DNA of 63,972 nt, the filler included, from Lama guanicoe (Eukaryota): NCBI GenBank assembly GCA_013239625.1. It is 79 parts of 77 records of this genome, joined end to end, with 100 filler letters (N's around TTAATTAATTAA, not from the genome) between each part and the next. Parts side by side here need not be neighbours in the genome. Positions count along the whole stretch, not along the records: positions 25,164 to 26,154 come from MU056840.1; positions 26,255 to 26,742 come from PNXV01023102.1; positions 26,843 to 27,791 come from PNXV01023103.1; positions 27,892 to 28,725 come from MU056844.1; positions 28,826 to 29,638 come from MU056845.1; positions 29,739 to 30,215 come from PNXV01023120.1; positions 30,316 to 30,912 come from PNXV01023121.1; positions 31,013 to 32,001 come from MU056850.1; 71 more parts are not named here. One strand, 5' to 3'. The position numbers and the translations under genes were made by a program. Of the stretch, positions 25,164 through 36,643 are shown piece by piece. The notes beneath the pieces are model-generated. The model saw nothing but the letters and a program-made list of their open reading frames with translations, searched no databases and was not told the DNA's origin. Position 1 is the stretch's first letter. Each line of letters opens with the position of its first letter.

Positions 25164-26154
25164 ACATCCTCCTCCTCCTCCTCCACATCCTCCTCCTCCT
25201 CCACATCCTCCTGCTCTTCCTCCACATACTTCTCCTCCTCAACCTCCTCCTCCACCTCTACCTCCTCCTCCACCTCCTCCTCCTACTCCTCCACCTCTTC
25301 CTCCACCTCCTCCTCCACCTCCTCCTCCTCCACCTCTTCCTCCACCTCCTCCTCCAACTCCTCCTCTATATTTATCCTCCCTTGCCAACTCTGCCTCCTC
25401 CTCCACATCCTCCTCCTACTTCTCCACATCCTCCTACACCTCCTCCTACTCCTAATCCTCCACCTCCTCCTCCTCGTCTTCCTCCTCCACCCATACTCCT
25501 CCACCTCCTCCTCCTCCACCTCCTCCTCTTCCACCTCCTCCACTTCCTCCTCCTCCACCTCCTCCTCCATCTCCACATACTCTTCCTCCTCCACCTCCGC
25601 ATCCTCCTCCTCCTCCACATCCTCCTCCACCTCTTCCACATCCTCCTCCTCCTCCCCCACATCCTCCTCCTCCACATCCTCCTCCTCCACCTCCTTCTCC
25701 ACCTCCTTCTACTCCACCTCCTCCACCTCCTCCTCCTCTTCCTCCATTTCCTTCTCCTCTACCTCCACCTCCTCCTCCTCCACCTACTCCTCTACATTTC
25801 CTCCTCCCTTGCCAACTCCTCCTCCTCCTCCACATCATCCTCCTCCACATCCTCCTCCTCCACAATATCCTCCTCGACCACCTCCCCCTCCTCCCCCACC
25901 TCCNNNNNNNNNNNNNNNNNNNNNNNNNNNNNNNNNNNNNNNNNNNNNNTCATCCTCCTCCTCCACCTCCTCCTCCACCTCGTCCTACTCCTCCTCCTCC
26001 ACCTCCTACTCCACATCCTCCTACTCCACCTCCTCCTCCTCTTCCAACTCCTCCTCTTCCTCCACCTCCTCCTCCTCCAAACCTCCTCCTCCACCACCTC
26101 CTTCACCACCTCCTCCACCTCCTCCTCCACCTCCTCCTCTTCCACCTCCACCTC
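25164..26154 (-). repeat. (GGA)n-based complex tandem repeat (CCT strand shown)
   Basis: cctcctccacatcct array with landmark cttgccaactc at 25381 and 25808. Confidence 0.92.
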
Positions 26155-26254
26155 NNNNNNNNNNNNNNNNNNNNNNNNNNNNNNNNNNNNNNNNNNNNTT
26201 AATTAATTAANNNNNNNNNNNNNNNNNNNNNNNNNNNNNNNNNNNNNNNNNNNN

Positions 26255-26742
26255 ATGCAGTATATAGTTTACAGAAAACAGAATTTAGAACACAGAATAT
26301 AGTATATGGAAACAGAATTCAGAACCCAAAATTTAGAACATGGAATGCAGAAAACAGAATATAGAATATTGAATACAGATCACTGAATATAGAATTTCGA
26401 ATATAGAATGTAGAACACAGAATTTAGAATATAGAATACAAAATACTGAATATAGAATTTAGAATAAAGAGTTCAGAACACAGAATATAGTATAGAGAAT
26501 AGAGAATTTAGAAGCCAGAATTTAGAACATGGAATGCAGAAAGCAGAACAGATAGAATATAGAATACAGAATACTGAATATAGAATTTAGAATATAGAAT
26601 GAAGAACACAGAATTAAGAATATAGAATACAGAATACTGAATATGGACTATAGAGCATGGAATGTAGAACTCAGAATTTAGAAATTAGTATTCAGAATAC
26701 TGAATATAGAATTCAGAATATAGAATGTAGAACACAGAATAC
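26255..26742 (+). repeat. 7-bp AGAATAT satellite
   Basis: Landmark tggaatgcag at 26341 and 26530 (189 = 27x7). Confidence 0.95.
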
Positions 26743-26842
26743 NNNNNNNNNNNNNNNNNNNNNNNNNNNNNNNNNNNNNNNNNNNNTTAATTAATTAANN
26801 NNNNNNNNNNNNNNNNNNNNNNNNNNNNNNNNNNNNNNNNNN

Positions 26843-27791
26843 TAAATTTTGTGTTTTTAATTCTATATTCTACAATCTATATTCTGTATTATGTATTCTA
26901 TATTCTATCTTCTGTGTTATACTTTCTATATTCTAAATTTTATATTCAGTATTCTCTATTCTATATTCTATAGTCTGTGTTCTGAATTCCATGTTCTAAA
27001 TTCTGGGTTGTGTATTCTGATTTCCATATTCTATATTCTATTTTCTATATTCTATATTCTGTACCCTTTATTCTACATTCCGTATTCTATATTCTATATC
27101 CTATGTTCTAATTTATTTATTCTAAGTTCTCTATTCAGCATTCTGTATTGTATATTCTAAATTCTGTGTTCTGCATTCCATGTTCTAATTTCTGGCTTCT
27201 ATATTCTCTATTATATATTGTATATTTTGTGTTTTTATTATATATTCTAAATTCTATATTCTGCATTCCGTATTCTATAATCTTTATACTGTGTTCTACA
27301 TACTATATTCTAAATTCTATATTCTGTTTTCTGTATTCAATATTCTAAATTCTGTGTTATGCGTTCCATGTTCAAAATTCAGGGTTCAATATTCTTTATT
27401 CTATATTCTATATTCTGTGTTCTACATTCTATATTCTAAATTCTATATTCAGCTTTCTGTAGTCTATATTCAAAATTCTGTGTTCTGCATTCCTTGTTCA
27501 AAATTCTATATTCAGTATTCTGTGTTGTATTTACGAAATTCTGTGTTCTGCATACCATGTTCTAAATTCTGGGTTCTGCATTCTCTATTCTATATTCTGT
27601 GTTCTGCATTCTATATTCTAAATTCTATATTCAGTATTCTGTATTCTACATTCTGAAAGTTGAATTACATGTTCTCAATTCTGGATTTTACATTATTTAT
27701 TCTATATTCTAAATTTTGTGTTCTTCAATCTATATTCTACATTCTATATTCTGTTTTATGTATTCTATATTCTATATTCTGTGTTCTACAT
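26843..27791 (-). repeat. 7-bp AGAATAT satellite
   Basis: ATTCT-strand heptamer array. Confidence 0.95.
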
Positions 27792-27891
27792 NNNNNNNNN
27801 NNNNNNNNNNNNNNNNNNNNNNNNNNNNNNNNNNNTTAATTAATTAANNNNNNNNNNNNNNNNNNNNNNNNNNNNNNNNNNNNNNNNNNNN

Positions 27892-28725
27892 CCCTGAACG
27901 GGGAAGTCCGAGAAAAAACTTCTCTGACCTTGGGGAGGCATCCTGTCACTGGGATTGCCTGCAAACCCCCCTAGCATTCCCTGGTACAGAGACATTAGGA
28001 AAAAACCCAGGGGAGTCGAGCTTAGGCATTCAGTTAGTACCCAAGCGCTGCCGACCGATGGTGGAACCTCCCCACGCTCAGGATTCCGGACCATTATCAG
28101 TGCGTGGGGGAGCTCGAGAGACAACTCCATGCAGCTCTCTTCAGTCACAGGTGTTCCCTGAACGGGGAAGTCCGAAAAATACCTTCCCTGACCTTGGGGA
28201 GGCATCCTCTGTCCCTGGGATTGCCAGCAAACACTCCTAGCATTCCGTAACACAGAGACATTAGGAAATAACCCAGGGGAGTCGAGCTTAGGCATTCAGT
28301 TAGTACCCAAGCGCTGCCGACCGATGGTGGAACCTCCCCACGCTCAGGATTCCGGACCATTATCAGTGCGTGGGGGAGCTCGAGAGGCAACTCCACGCNN
28401 NNNNNNNNNNNNNNNNNNNNNNNNNNNNNNNNNNNNNNNNNNNNNNNNNNNNNNNNNNNNNNNNNNNNNNNNNNNNNNNNNNNNNNNNNNNNNNNNNNNN
28501 NNNNNNNNNNNNNNNNNNNNNNNNNNNNNNNNNNNNNNNNNNNNNNNNNNNNNNNNNNNNNNNNNNNNNNNNNNNNNNNNNNNNNNNNNNNNNNNNNNNN
28601 NNNNNNNNNNNNNNNNNNNNNNNNNNNNNNNNNNNNNNNNNNNNNNNNNNNNNNNNNNTACGCAGCTCTCTTCAGCCACAGGTGTTCCCTGTTAGGGTGA
28701 ATTCTGAGAAATACCTTCCCTGAAC
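27892..28725 (+). repeat. ~266-267 bp satellite
   Basis: ccgatggtggaacctcc at 28055 and 28321 (period 266). Confidence 0.95.
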
Positions 28726-28825
28726 NNNNNNNNNNNNNNNNNNNNNNNNNNNNNNNNNNNNNNNNNNNNTTAATTAATTAANNNNNNNNNNNNNNNNNNN
28801 NNNNNNNNNNNNNNNNNNNNNNNNN

Positions 28826-29638
28826 GGGGAGGCAGCCTCTGTCACTGGGATTGCCTGCAAAACCCCCTAGCATTAACTGGCACAGAGACATTAGGAAAAA
28901 ACCTGGGGAAACGAGCTTAGGTATTCCGTTAGAACCCACGCGCTGCCGACAGTTGGTGGAAACTCCCCACGCTCAGGATCCCGGAAAAATTGTCAGTGCG
29001 TGGGGAGCTCGAGAGAAAACTCCACGCTGCTGTCTTCAGTGACAGGTGTTCCCTGTTAGGGGGAATTCTGAGAAATACCTTTCCTGACCTTGGGGAGGCA
29101 GCCTCTGTCACTGGGATTGCCTGCAAACCCCCCTNNNNNNNNNNNNNNNNNNNNNNNNNNNNNNNNNNNNNNNNNNNNNNNNNNNNNNNNNNNNNNNNNN
29201 NNNNNNNNNNNNNNNNNNNNNNNNNNNNNNNNNNNNNNNNNNNNNNNNNNNNNNNNNNNNNNNNNNNNNNNNNNNNNNNNNNNNNNNNNNNNNNNNNNNN
29301 NNNNNNNNNNNNNNNNNNNNNNNNNNNNNNNNNNNNNNNNNNNNNNNNNNNNNNNNNNNNNNNNNNNNNNNNNNNNNNNNNNNNNNNNNNNNNNNNNNNN
29401 NNNNNNNNNNNNNNNNNNNNNNNNNNNNNNNNNNNNNNNNNNNNNNNNNNNNNNNNNNNNNNNNNNNNNNNNNNNNNNNNNNNTTGGTTTAACCTCCCCA
29501 CGCTCCGGATACCGGAACCATTGTCAGTGCGTGGGGGAGCTCGAGAGACAACTCCACGCAGCTCTCTTCAGTCACAGTTGTTCTATGAACGGGGAAGTCC
29601 GAGAAATAACTTCCCTGAATTTGGCGAGGCAGCCTCTG
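28826..29638 (+). repeat. ~266-267 bp satellite
   Basis: Same monomer (ggggaggcagcctctgtcactgggattgcctgcaaa), with an internal N gap. Confidence 0.95.
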
Positions 29639-29934
29639 NNNNNNNNNNNNNNNNNNNNNNNNNNNNNNNNNNNNNNNNNNNNTTAATTAATTAANNNNNN
29701 NNNNNNNNNNNNNNNNNNNNNNNNNNNNNNNNNNNNNNCCCCCCCATGATCCTGAAATTGTCTAAGGCATTATGTAACCCCTCTCAATCCTCACAGCACA
29801 CTCACTAGATATGTGTTTGCTTCATTCTTGAAATATTTTATAAATTGTATAGATTTTGTAAACTGAAATTCAGAAATATTAAATTTTTTAAAACTCAAAA
29901 GTAAGTATTTCATCACAATTCAAATCAGTAATAA

Positions 29935-30215
29935 GGTTATTAATCAGTCTAATTTCAATATCACTGTGTCTTAGGGAATAGGGAGGCCTAAGGAGAGGGA
30001 CAGAGGTGGGGGGACAGCAGGTGGGGGGCACTCAGAGCACACACGGCATTTATTGATTAAGTTCATCATCTTACATGGATGTGGTTTATGGTGGCCCCAA
30101 ACAAGCACAGTAGTAATATCAAAGATCACTCGTCACAAATCACCATAAAAACATAATAATGATGGGAAAGTTTTAAATATGGTGAAAGTTACCAAAATGG
30201 AACACAGAGACACAA
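29935..30215 (-). mobile_element. Tigger1 DNA transposon fragment
   Basis: ctaatttcaatat...gggaatagggaggcc...gtaatatcaaagatcact...ttaccaaaatggaacacagagacac matches the Tigger1 5' region in antisense. Confidence 0.85.
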
Positions 30216-30315
30216 NNNNNNNNNNNNNNNNNNNNNNNNNNNNNNNNNNNNNNNNNNNNTTAATTAATTAANNNNNNNNNNNNNNNNNNNNNNNNNNNNN
30301 NNNNNNNNNNNNNNN

Positions 30316-30912
30316 AAAAACTATAAACCATTGATGAAGGAAATTAAATAATACTTTAAAAATTTGAAAGTTGTCCCATGCTCTTGGATTGGAAGAATCA
30401 ATATTGTCAAAATTGTCACACTGCCCAAGGCGATCTACAGATTTAATGCAATCCCTATCCAATTACCCAGGACATAGTTCACAGAACAAGAACAAACCAT
30501 AATAAAATTTATATGGAACAATCAAAGACCTGGAATTGCCAAAGCATTACTGAAGAGAAAGAAAGAGGCTGGAGGAATAACTCTCCCAGACTTCAGACAA
30601 TACTATAGAGCTATAGTCTTCAAGACAGCATGGTATTGATACCAAAACAGACATATAGACCAATGGAACAGAATGAGAGCCCAGAAATGAACCCACAAAC
30701 TTTTGGTCAACTAATCTTTGACAAAGGAGGCAAGAATATACAATGGAATAAAGACAGTCTCTTCAGCAAATGGTGTTGGGAAAACTGGACAGCAGCATGA
30801 ATAGAACACTCCCTTACAACATACACAAACATCAACTGAAAATGGATCAAAGACTTAAACATAAGACAAGATACCATAAACCTCCTTGAAGAAAATATAG
30901 GCAAAACATTAT
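30316..30912 (+). mobile_element. Relatively young LINE-1 ORF2 fragment (post-RT), disrupted
   Basis: Translates to NYKPLMKEIK...[12 protein letters not shown]...[13 protein letters not shown]...[14 protein letters not shown]...[10 protein letters not shown]...[10 protein letters not shown], with a premature stop and small indels. Confidence 0.96.
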
Positions 30913-31012
30913 NNNNNNNNNNNNNNNNNNNNNNNNNNNNNNNNNNNNNNNNNNNNTTAATTAATTAANNNNNNNNNNNNNNNNNNNNNNNNNNNNNNNN
31001 NNNNNNNNNNNN

Positions 31013-32001
31013 CATAGATCCTGCAGTCAGAAAGTAAACAGACATGGAGAAGACCTGAGCAACACAATTAAAAATCTTGCACTGTTAGAAATATGCCTAG
31101 AACTGTACACTCAGCAAGCAGAGAATGTGGCTTTTGGGGTCTCATGTGGAATAGGTATGTATTCTGCCAAAAAGGACCCTCAGTGATGCCCAAGGATGAA
31201 AGTGATGCATGTTAGGTTCTCTCCGTGCTGCGCAATGGAGTCAGAAGTTTCTAACAAAATGGGAGTGCCCCCACCAACAAAAGCCCCTGTGGTTACAGAT
31301 TAAATAACACATTTCTAAATAACCCTTGGGTTAAAAAGGAAATTTTAAAATGAAATGGTACATTTAGAATTGAAAGACAGTGAAAACACTGAATGTCAGA
31401 ACTGTGGGGTATAGTTCAAGCAGTGCTTGAAGGGGTTTTATCAGTAAACAAGAAAGGGTAAAAAATAAATGAGCCACACATTCAAGTCAAAAGTTGGTTT
31501 AAAAAAAAAACAACAAAACAAAATTCAAGGAAACCAGAAAGAGGGGAATAATAAAGGCAAGTACCTAAAGCAATAAAACACAGAACAAAATAATAATAAA
31601 TGATAAAGAATGTTGAGAAAATAAAAAAACTAGACCTTTGAAAGACAGACCTTTGATAGACTGAACAGGAAGAAAGAATAAATGCGAGCAGGAGATGAGG
31701 GAAACAGCTACAAAGCAAAAACATTCCCAATGAAAACAGCATTGAAATAAATATAAATAAATTTGCGGGGCAGGGATGGAAACTAAACAAAATTAATATC
31801 TTTTCAGGAAAAATATAAAAATCTCAAAATTGTCATGAGAAGAAATAGAGAACATGGTTAGACCAATATATACCCCAAAATCTGAAAATGGTATAGGTGA
31901 TTTCTGGTAAATTTTTAAGCAACAGTCACTTTTGATCTTTTACAAGTTGTCCCTGAAAACAGAAGGTAGAGAAGAAAATGCGCAGCGCATTTTATTTTAT
32001 G
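31013..32001 (+). mobile_element. Old LINE-1 (L1M-type) ORF2 fragment
   Basis: taaataacacatttctaaataacccttgggttaaaaaggaaatt...tgaaaacactgaatgtcagaactgtgggg...gaagaaatagagaac. Confidence 0.8.
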
Positions 32002-32559
32002 NNNNNNNNNNNNNNNNNNNNNNNNNNNNNNNNNNNNNNNNNNNNTTAATTAATTAANNNNNNNNNNNNNNNNNNNNNNNNNNNNNNNNNNNNNNNNNNN
32101 NGTCTGGCTGGACTTAAGTAATTTCCCTCTGTATGTTCAATAAAGTGCAAAGACCACTGGCTGAGCGTGGGGTGGGGGGTGGCAGCTGAAATGTGTCGAA
32201 AGAGTGCAGATTAAATGAGCCAAACCTATGAAGGAGGGCATGTTGCCCATGGTGTTGAGCCCAGTGCCTGGCGGCTTCTGTACTCACGCTGCCACTGTGT
32301 TCCTCTCCTGTGAACTTTGCTCAGTGGAGGTGGACGGTCATGAGCCTATGGCTCCTCATGGAGCACCTGTCAGTGATGGGCAGGCACCAGGTGCACAGTG
32401 TTTCACTGTGAACTGGTCAGACCAATTCATTGCCCCCCAGAATATTTAGTTATGTGGAGGATTCAGACACATGCAGGTGAAAGAGTGTGAGCGTGACAGT
32501 GGTGAAGAAGCATTCCCAGGAAGGGGTGTTTCAGCTGGAAGGTGGGTGGGAGCTGGTGA

Positions 32560-32900
32560 GAGCAGGAGGTGAAACGGGCTGTGTTTCAGCAGGGGCTGCC
32601 CCCATGTGACCACTTGGAAGCAAAGGAGAGGGCAGAGTACCCTGGGCACGGTTACATGCAGCCTGGATCGGCTGGGTGGGTCCTGCTGGGGCAGTGACCC
32701 CAGCTTGGCTGAAGGAGCCTGGGTTTCATTCCAGAGCAGTGAAGGAGCTGTAGCTTAATTCAAGTATCACTGGGGTCTGACTAAATACTCAGGGAAATTT
32801 CTCTGGCCTCAGAGTGGAGAGTGGCTTGGACTGGCGGAGTTGCTGCTGGAGAACCAGGAGGGGCAGAAGAGTGACATGAGCCCACAGGGTCATGGACAGT
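32560..32900 (-). mobile_element. L2 LINE fragment
   Basis: ggagcctgggtttcattccagagcagtg...ctctggcc...tggagagtggcttgga...ggagaaccaggag resembles antisense L2. Confidence 0.45.
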
Positions 32901-33089
32901 GGGCTAAGTAGACAGTCAGCAAAGGCTGAGCCGAGGGCCCTTCTCTATTGGGCCAGTCGTGGGTATCTGTATTCTCTTCAGCAACAGGANNNNNNNNNNN
33001 NNNNNNNNNNNNNNNNNNNNNNNNNNNNNNNNNTTAATTAATTAANNNNNNNNNNNNNNNNNNNNNNNNNNNNNNNNNNNNNNNNNNNN

Positions 33090-33893
33090 ATTGTTGAAAA
33101 CAGTATATGGAATATTGTATACAGAATACAGAATATAGTATGTAGAATACTGGATGAAGAAAGAGAATATGGAATTCTGAATACAGACTACAGAACACAG
33201 AATTTAGAACATGGAATTCAGAACACAGAGTTTAGATTTTAGAATATTGAATACTGAATATAGAATGTATAACACAGAATATACAACACAGATTATAGAA
33301 TATAGAATACACAATGCAGAACACATTATTTAGAACATGGAATNNNNNNNNNNNNNNNNNNNNNNNNAGTATACAGAATGTTGAATATAGAATGTATAAC
33401 ACAGAATATAGAATATAGAAAACAGAATACAGAACCCAGAGTTTAGAACGTAGAATTCAGAACACTGAATTTAGAATATAGAGCACAGAATACAGAATAT
33501 AGAATGTATACTTTAGAATGTACAAAACAGACTATAGAATACAGAATACAGAAACCAGAATTTAGAACATTGAATGCAGAACACAGAATGTAGAATATAG
33601 AATACAGAATAGAGAATGTAGAATAGAGAATGCAGAACACAGAATAAAGGATAGAGAATGAAGAATACAGAACCCAGAATTTAGAACATGGAATGCAGAA
33701 CACAGAATTTAGAATGTAGAACACAGAAATAGAATTTAGAATACGGAATGCAGAATATTGAATACAGAATATAGAATGTAGAACACAAAATATAGAATAG
33801 AGAAATTAGAACATGGAATGCAGAACAGAGAATTAAGAATATACATTACAGAACACTGAACATAGAATTTATAATATACAATGTAGAACACAG
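33090..33893 (+). repeat. 7-bp AGAATAT satellite
   Basis: Heptamer array with catggaatgcagaacacagaatttagaa landmarks. Confidence 0.95.
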
Positions 33894-34086
33894 NNNNNNN
33901 NNNNNNNNNNNNNNNNNNNNNNNNNNNNNNNNNNNNNTTAATTAATTAANNNNNNNNNNNNNNNNNNNNNNNNNNNNNNNNNNNNNNNNNNNNGCTAGGA
34001 TGGTTTGGCTTCCCTGTACTGAGTATTCAGAGGTTCAGGGGGGAGGGGGTTGGGGAGATAATTCAGCATTATGGAACCAAACAGAG

Positions 34087-34798
34087 GCATTAAAAGGTTC
34101 TACTCTAAACAGAAAGGAAGCAGGATGCTATAGAAATGGGAAAACCACAGTTGGAAATGAAATAATGAGTTACAAGACAATAAACATGAAGATGTAAAAA
34201 AGAAAAAGTACATCAAAATACAAAAAGGTGGGAAAGGGAGACGGTAGCAAGAAAAGATAGATTTTTTTCTCTTTCTTTTTCCTTTTTCTCATTATTCTTA
34301 GGATGTGTTGGAGNNNNNNNNNNNNNNNNNNNNNNNNNNNNNNNNNNNNNNNNNNNNNNNNNNNNNNNNNNNNNNNNNNNNNNNNNNNNNNNNNNNNNNN
34401 NNNNNNNNNNNNNNNNNNNNNNNNNNNNNNNNNNNNNNNNNNNNNNNNNNNNNNNNNNNNNNNNNNNNNNNNNNNNNNNNNNNNNNNNNNNNNNNNNNNN
34501 NNNNNNNNNNNNNNNNNNNNNNNNNNNNNNNNNNNNNNNNNNNNNNNNNNNNNNNNNNNNNNNNNNNNNNNNNNNNNNNNNNNNNNNNNNNNNNNNNNNN
34601 NNNNNNNNNNNNNNNNNNNNNNNNNNNNNNNNNNNNNNNNNNNNNNNNNNNNNNNNNNNNNNNNNNNNNNNNNNNNNNNNNNNNNNNNNNNNNNNNNNNN
34701 NNNNNNNNNNNNNNNNNNNNNNNNNNNNNAGACTATAAATTTATACAATTTAATAAGAAAAAAAATAAACAACCCAATCCAAAAATGGGCAGAACAAC
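34087..34798 (+). mobile_element. LINE-1 pieces (ORF1 end/inter-ORF region, then ORF2 NNPIQKWAE after a gap)
   Basis: ctaaacagaaaggaagcaggatgctatagaaatgggaaaaccacagttggaa resembles 43234-43290; after the gap, aacaacccaatccaaaaatgggcagaa. Confidence 0.7.
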
Positions 34799-34898
34799 NN
34801 NNNNNNNNNNNNNNNNNNNNNNNNNNNNNNNNNNNNNNNNNNTTAATTAATTAANNNNNNNNNNNNNNNNNNNNNNNNNNNNNNNNNNNNNNNNNNNN

Positions 34899-35708
34899 CA
34901 AATCCCCCTAGCATTCCCTGGCACAGAGACATTAGGAAAATACTCAGCGTAGTCGAGCTTAGGCATTACGTAAGAACCCACACGCGGACGACAGTTGGTG
35001 AAACCTCCCCACTCTCAGCATTCCGGAACCATTGTCAGTGCGTGGGGGAGCTCGAGAGACAACTCCACGCAGCTCTCTTCAGTCACAGGTGTTCCCTGAA
35101 CGGGGAAGTCCGAGAAATAACTTCCCNNNNNNNNNNNNNNNNNNNNNNNNNNNNNNNNNNNNNNNNNNNNNNNNNNNNNNNNNNNNNNNNNNNNNNNNNN
35201 NNNNNNNNNNNNNNNNNNNNNNNNNNNNNNNNNNNNNNNNNNNNNNNNNNNNNAACGGCCCAACTCTCAGGATTCCGGAACCATTGTCAGAGCGTGGGGA
35301 GCTCGAGGGACAACTCCACGCAGCTCTCTTCACTCACAGGAGTTCCCTGAATATGGAAGTGCGAGAAATCCCTTCCCTGACATTGGGGAAGCAGAATCTG
35401 TCACTGGGATTGCCTGAAAACCCCCCTAGCTTTCCCTGGCACAGAGACATTAGGAAAAGACCCAGGGGAATCGAGCTTAGGCATTCCGTTAGAACCCACG
35501 CGCTGCAGACCGTTGGTGGAACCTCCACACGCTCAGGATTCCGGAACCATTGTCAGTGCGTGGGGAGCTCGAGAGACAACTCCACGCAGCTCTCTTCAGT
35601 CACAGGTGTTCCCTGTTAGNNNNNNNNNNNNTGAGAAATTCCTGAACTTGGGGAGGCATCCTCTGTCACTGGGAGTGCCTGAAAACCCCCCTAGCTTTCC
35701 CTGGCACA
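34899..35708 (+). repeat. ~266-267 bp satellite
   Basis: Three partial monomers containing ttccggaaccattgtcag. Confidence 0.95.
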
Positions 35709-35808
35709 NNNNNNNNNNNNNNNNNNNNNNNNNNNNNNNNNNNNNNNNNNNNTTAATTAATTAANNNNNNNNNNNNNNNNNNNNNNNNNNNNNNNNNNNN
35801 NNNNNNNN

Positions 35809-36345
35809 TCACGGGGTCAGGCTGACTTGGATACACGTGTCCCGTAACCCAGGGCAAAAGAGACCGCCCCCAGGACAAGCCGCGGGGAAGATGGGAGCAA
35901 GTGGGCCCGCTCCCCCGCTGCAGGCCCCCGACTTCTGCCACCCCTGCACCCTGACTTCCCTGCCTCCCTCCCCCTGCAGGCAAAGTCGGACAGGGGTGTC
36001 CCGGTACCTGGCGCAGCAGAGGCCTCCTGCAGGCCACGCTGCAAAGACATGGGAGCTAATCCACAAGCTCCCCCGGGGCAGCCTCCCTATCCCCGCAGCA
36101 ACCAACTTACCAGCCCCCTGACCGCACCGCACCCATCTCCCAGGAGCAAGCTCACCTGGAGTCGGACCTCAGGCAAATCTCCGGCGGCAGAGGTCGCCAT
36201 GGCCAGGCCAGGCCGCGAGAGAGAGAAGAAATGGAGCAGCTCCCTGGAACGGATCCCCTCCCCCTGCGGCCGCTGCCCCGCCTCCCAGGAGCAAGATCAC
36301 CTGGAGACCGGCCTCCCGCCTCTAGGGCAGCGGAGGCCGCTCCCA
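35809..36345. promoter_or_regulatory. CpG-island fragment, possible first exon
   Basis: Very GC-rich with many CpGs and a NotI site (gcggccgc). The minus strand reads gccATGG...CAG|gtgagc. Confidence 0.45.
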
Positions 36346-36445
36346 NNNNNNNNNNNNNNNNNNNNNNNNNNNNNNNNNNNNNNNNNNNNTTAATTAATTA
36401 ANNNNNNNNNNNNNNNNNNNNNNNNNNNNNNNNNNNNNNNNNNNN

Positions 36446-36643
36446 TAAAAGATTGCTTGTTATCTAAAGAAAGCCAGGTATATCAAGTTCAAGACTTTAG
36501 TGCATTTCTATGTATGGGAGGAAGCAAATATTTTGGACTCACTGAATTCATTCTTTAGACAAGCACCTAGCTATCTAGGACCAGTAGCCTGTCCTTTCTT
36601 ATTCTGATTCTGCTCAGAGGACACCATTGTGAGTTGCTGTAGC
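36446..36643 (-). mobile_element. MER41-like ERV1 LTR fragment
   Basis: tcaagttcaagactttagtgcatttctatgtatgggaggaagcaa...ctcactgaattcattc...gcacctagctatctagg, a motif I recall from laurasiatherian MER41-like LTRs. Confidence 0.65.

Noticed and set aside
25283..26210. Acidic and Leu/His-rich ORFs
   Set aside because: Same GGA/CCT array; several frames are open only because of low complexity, and the frames shift.
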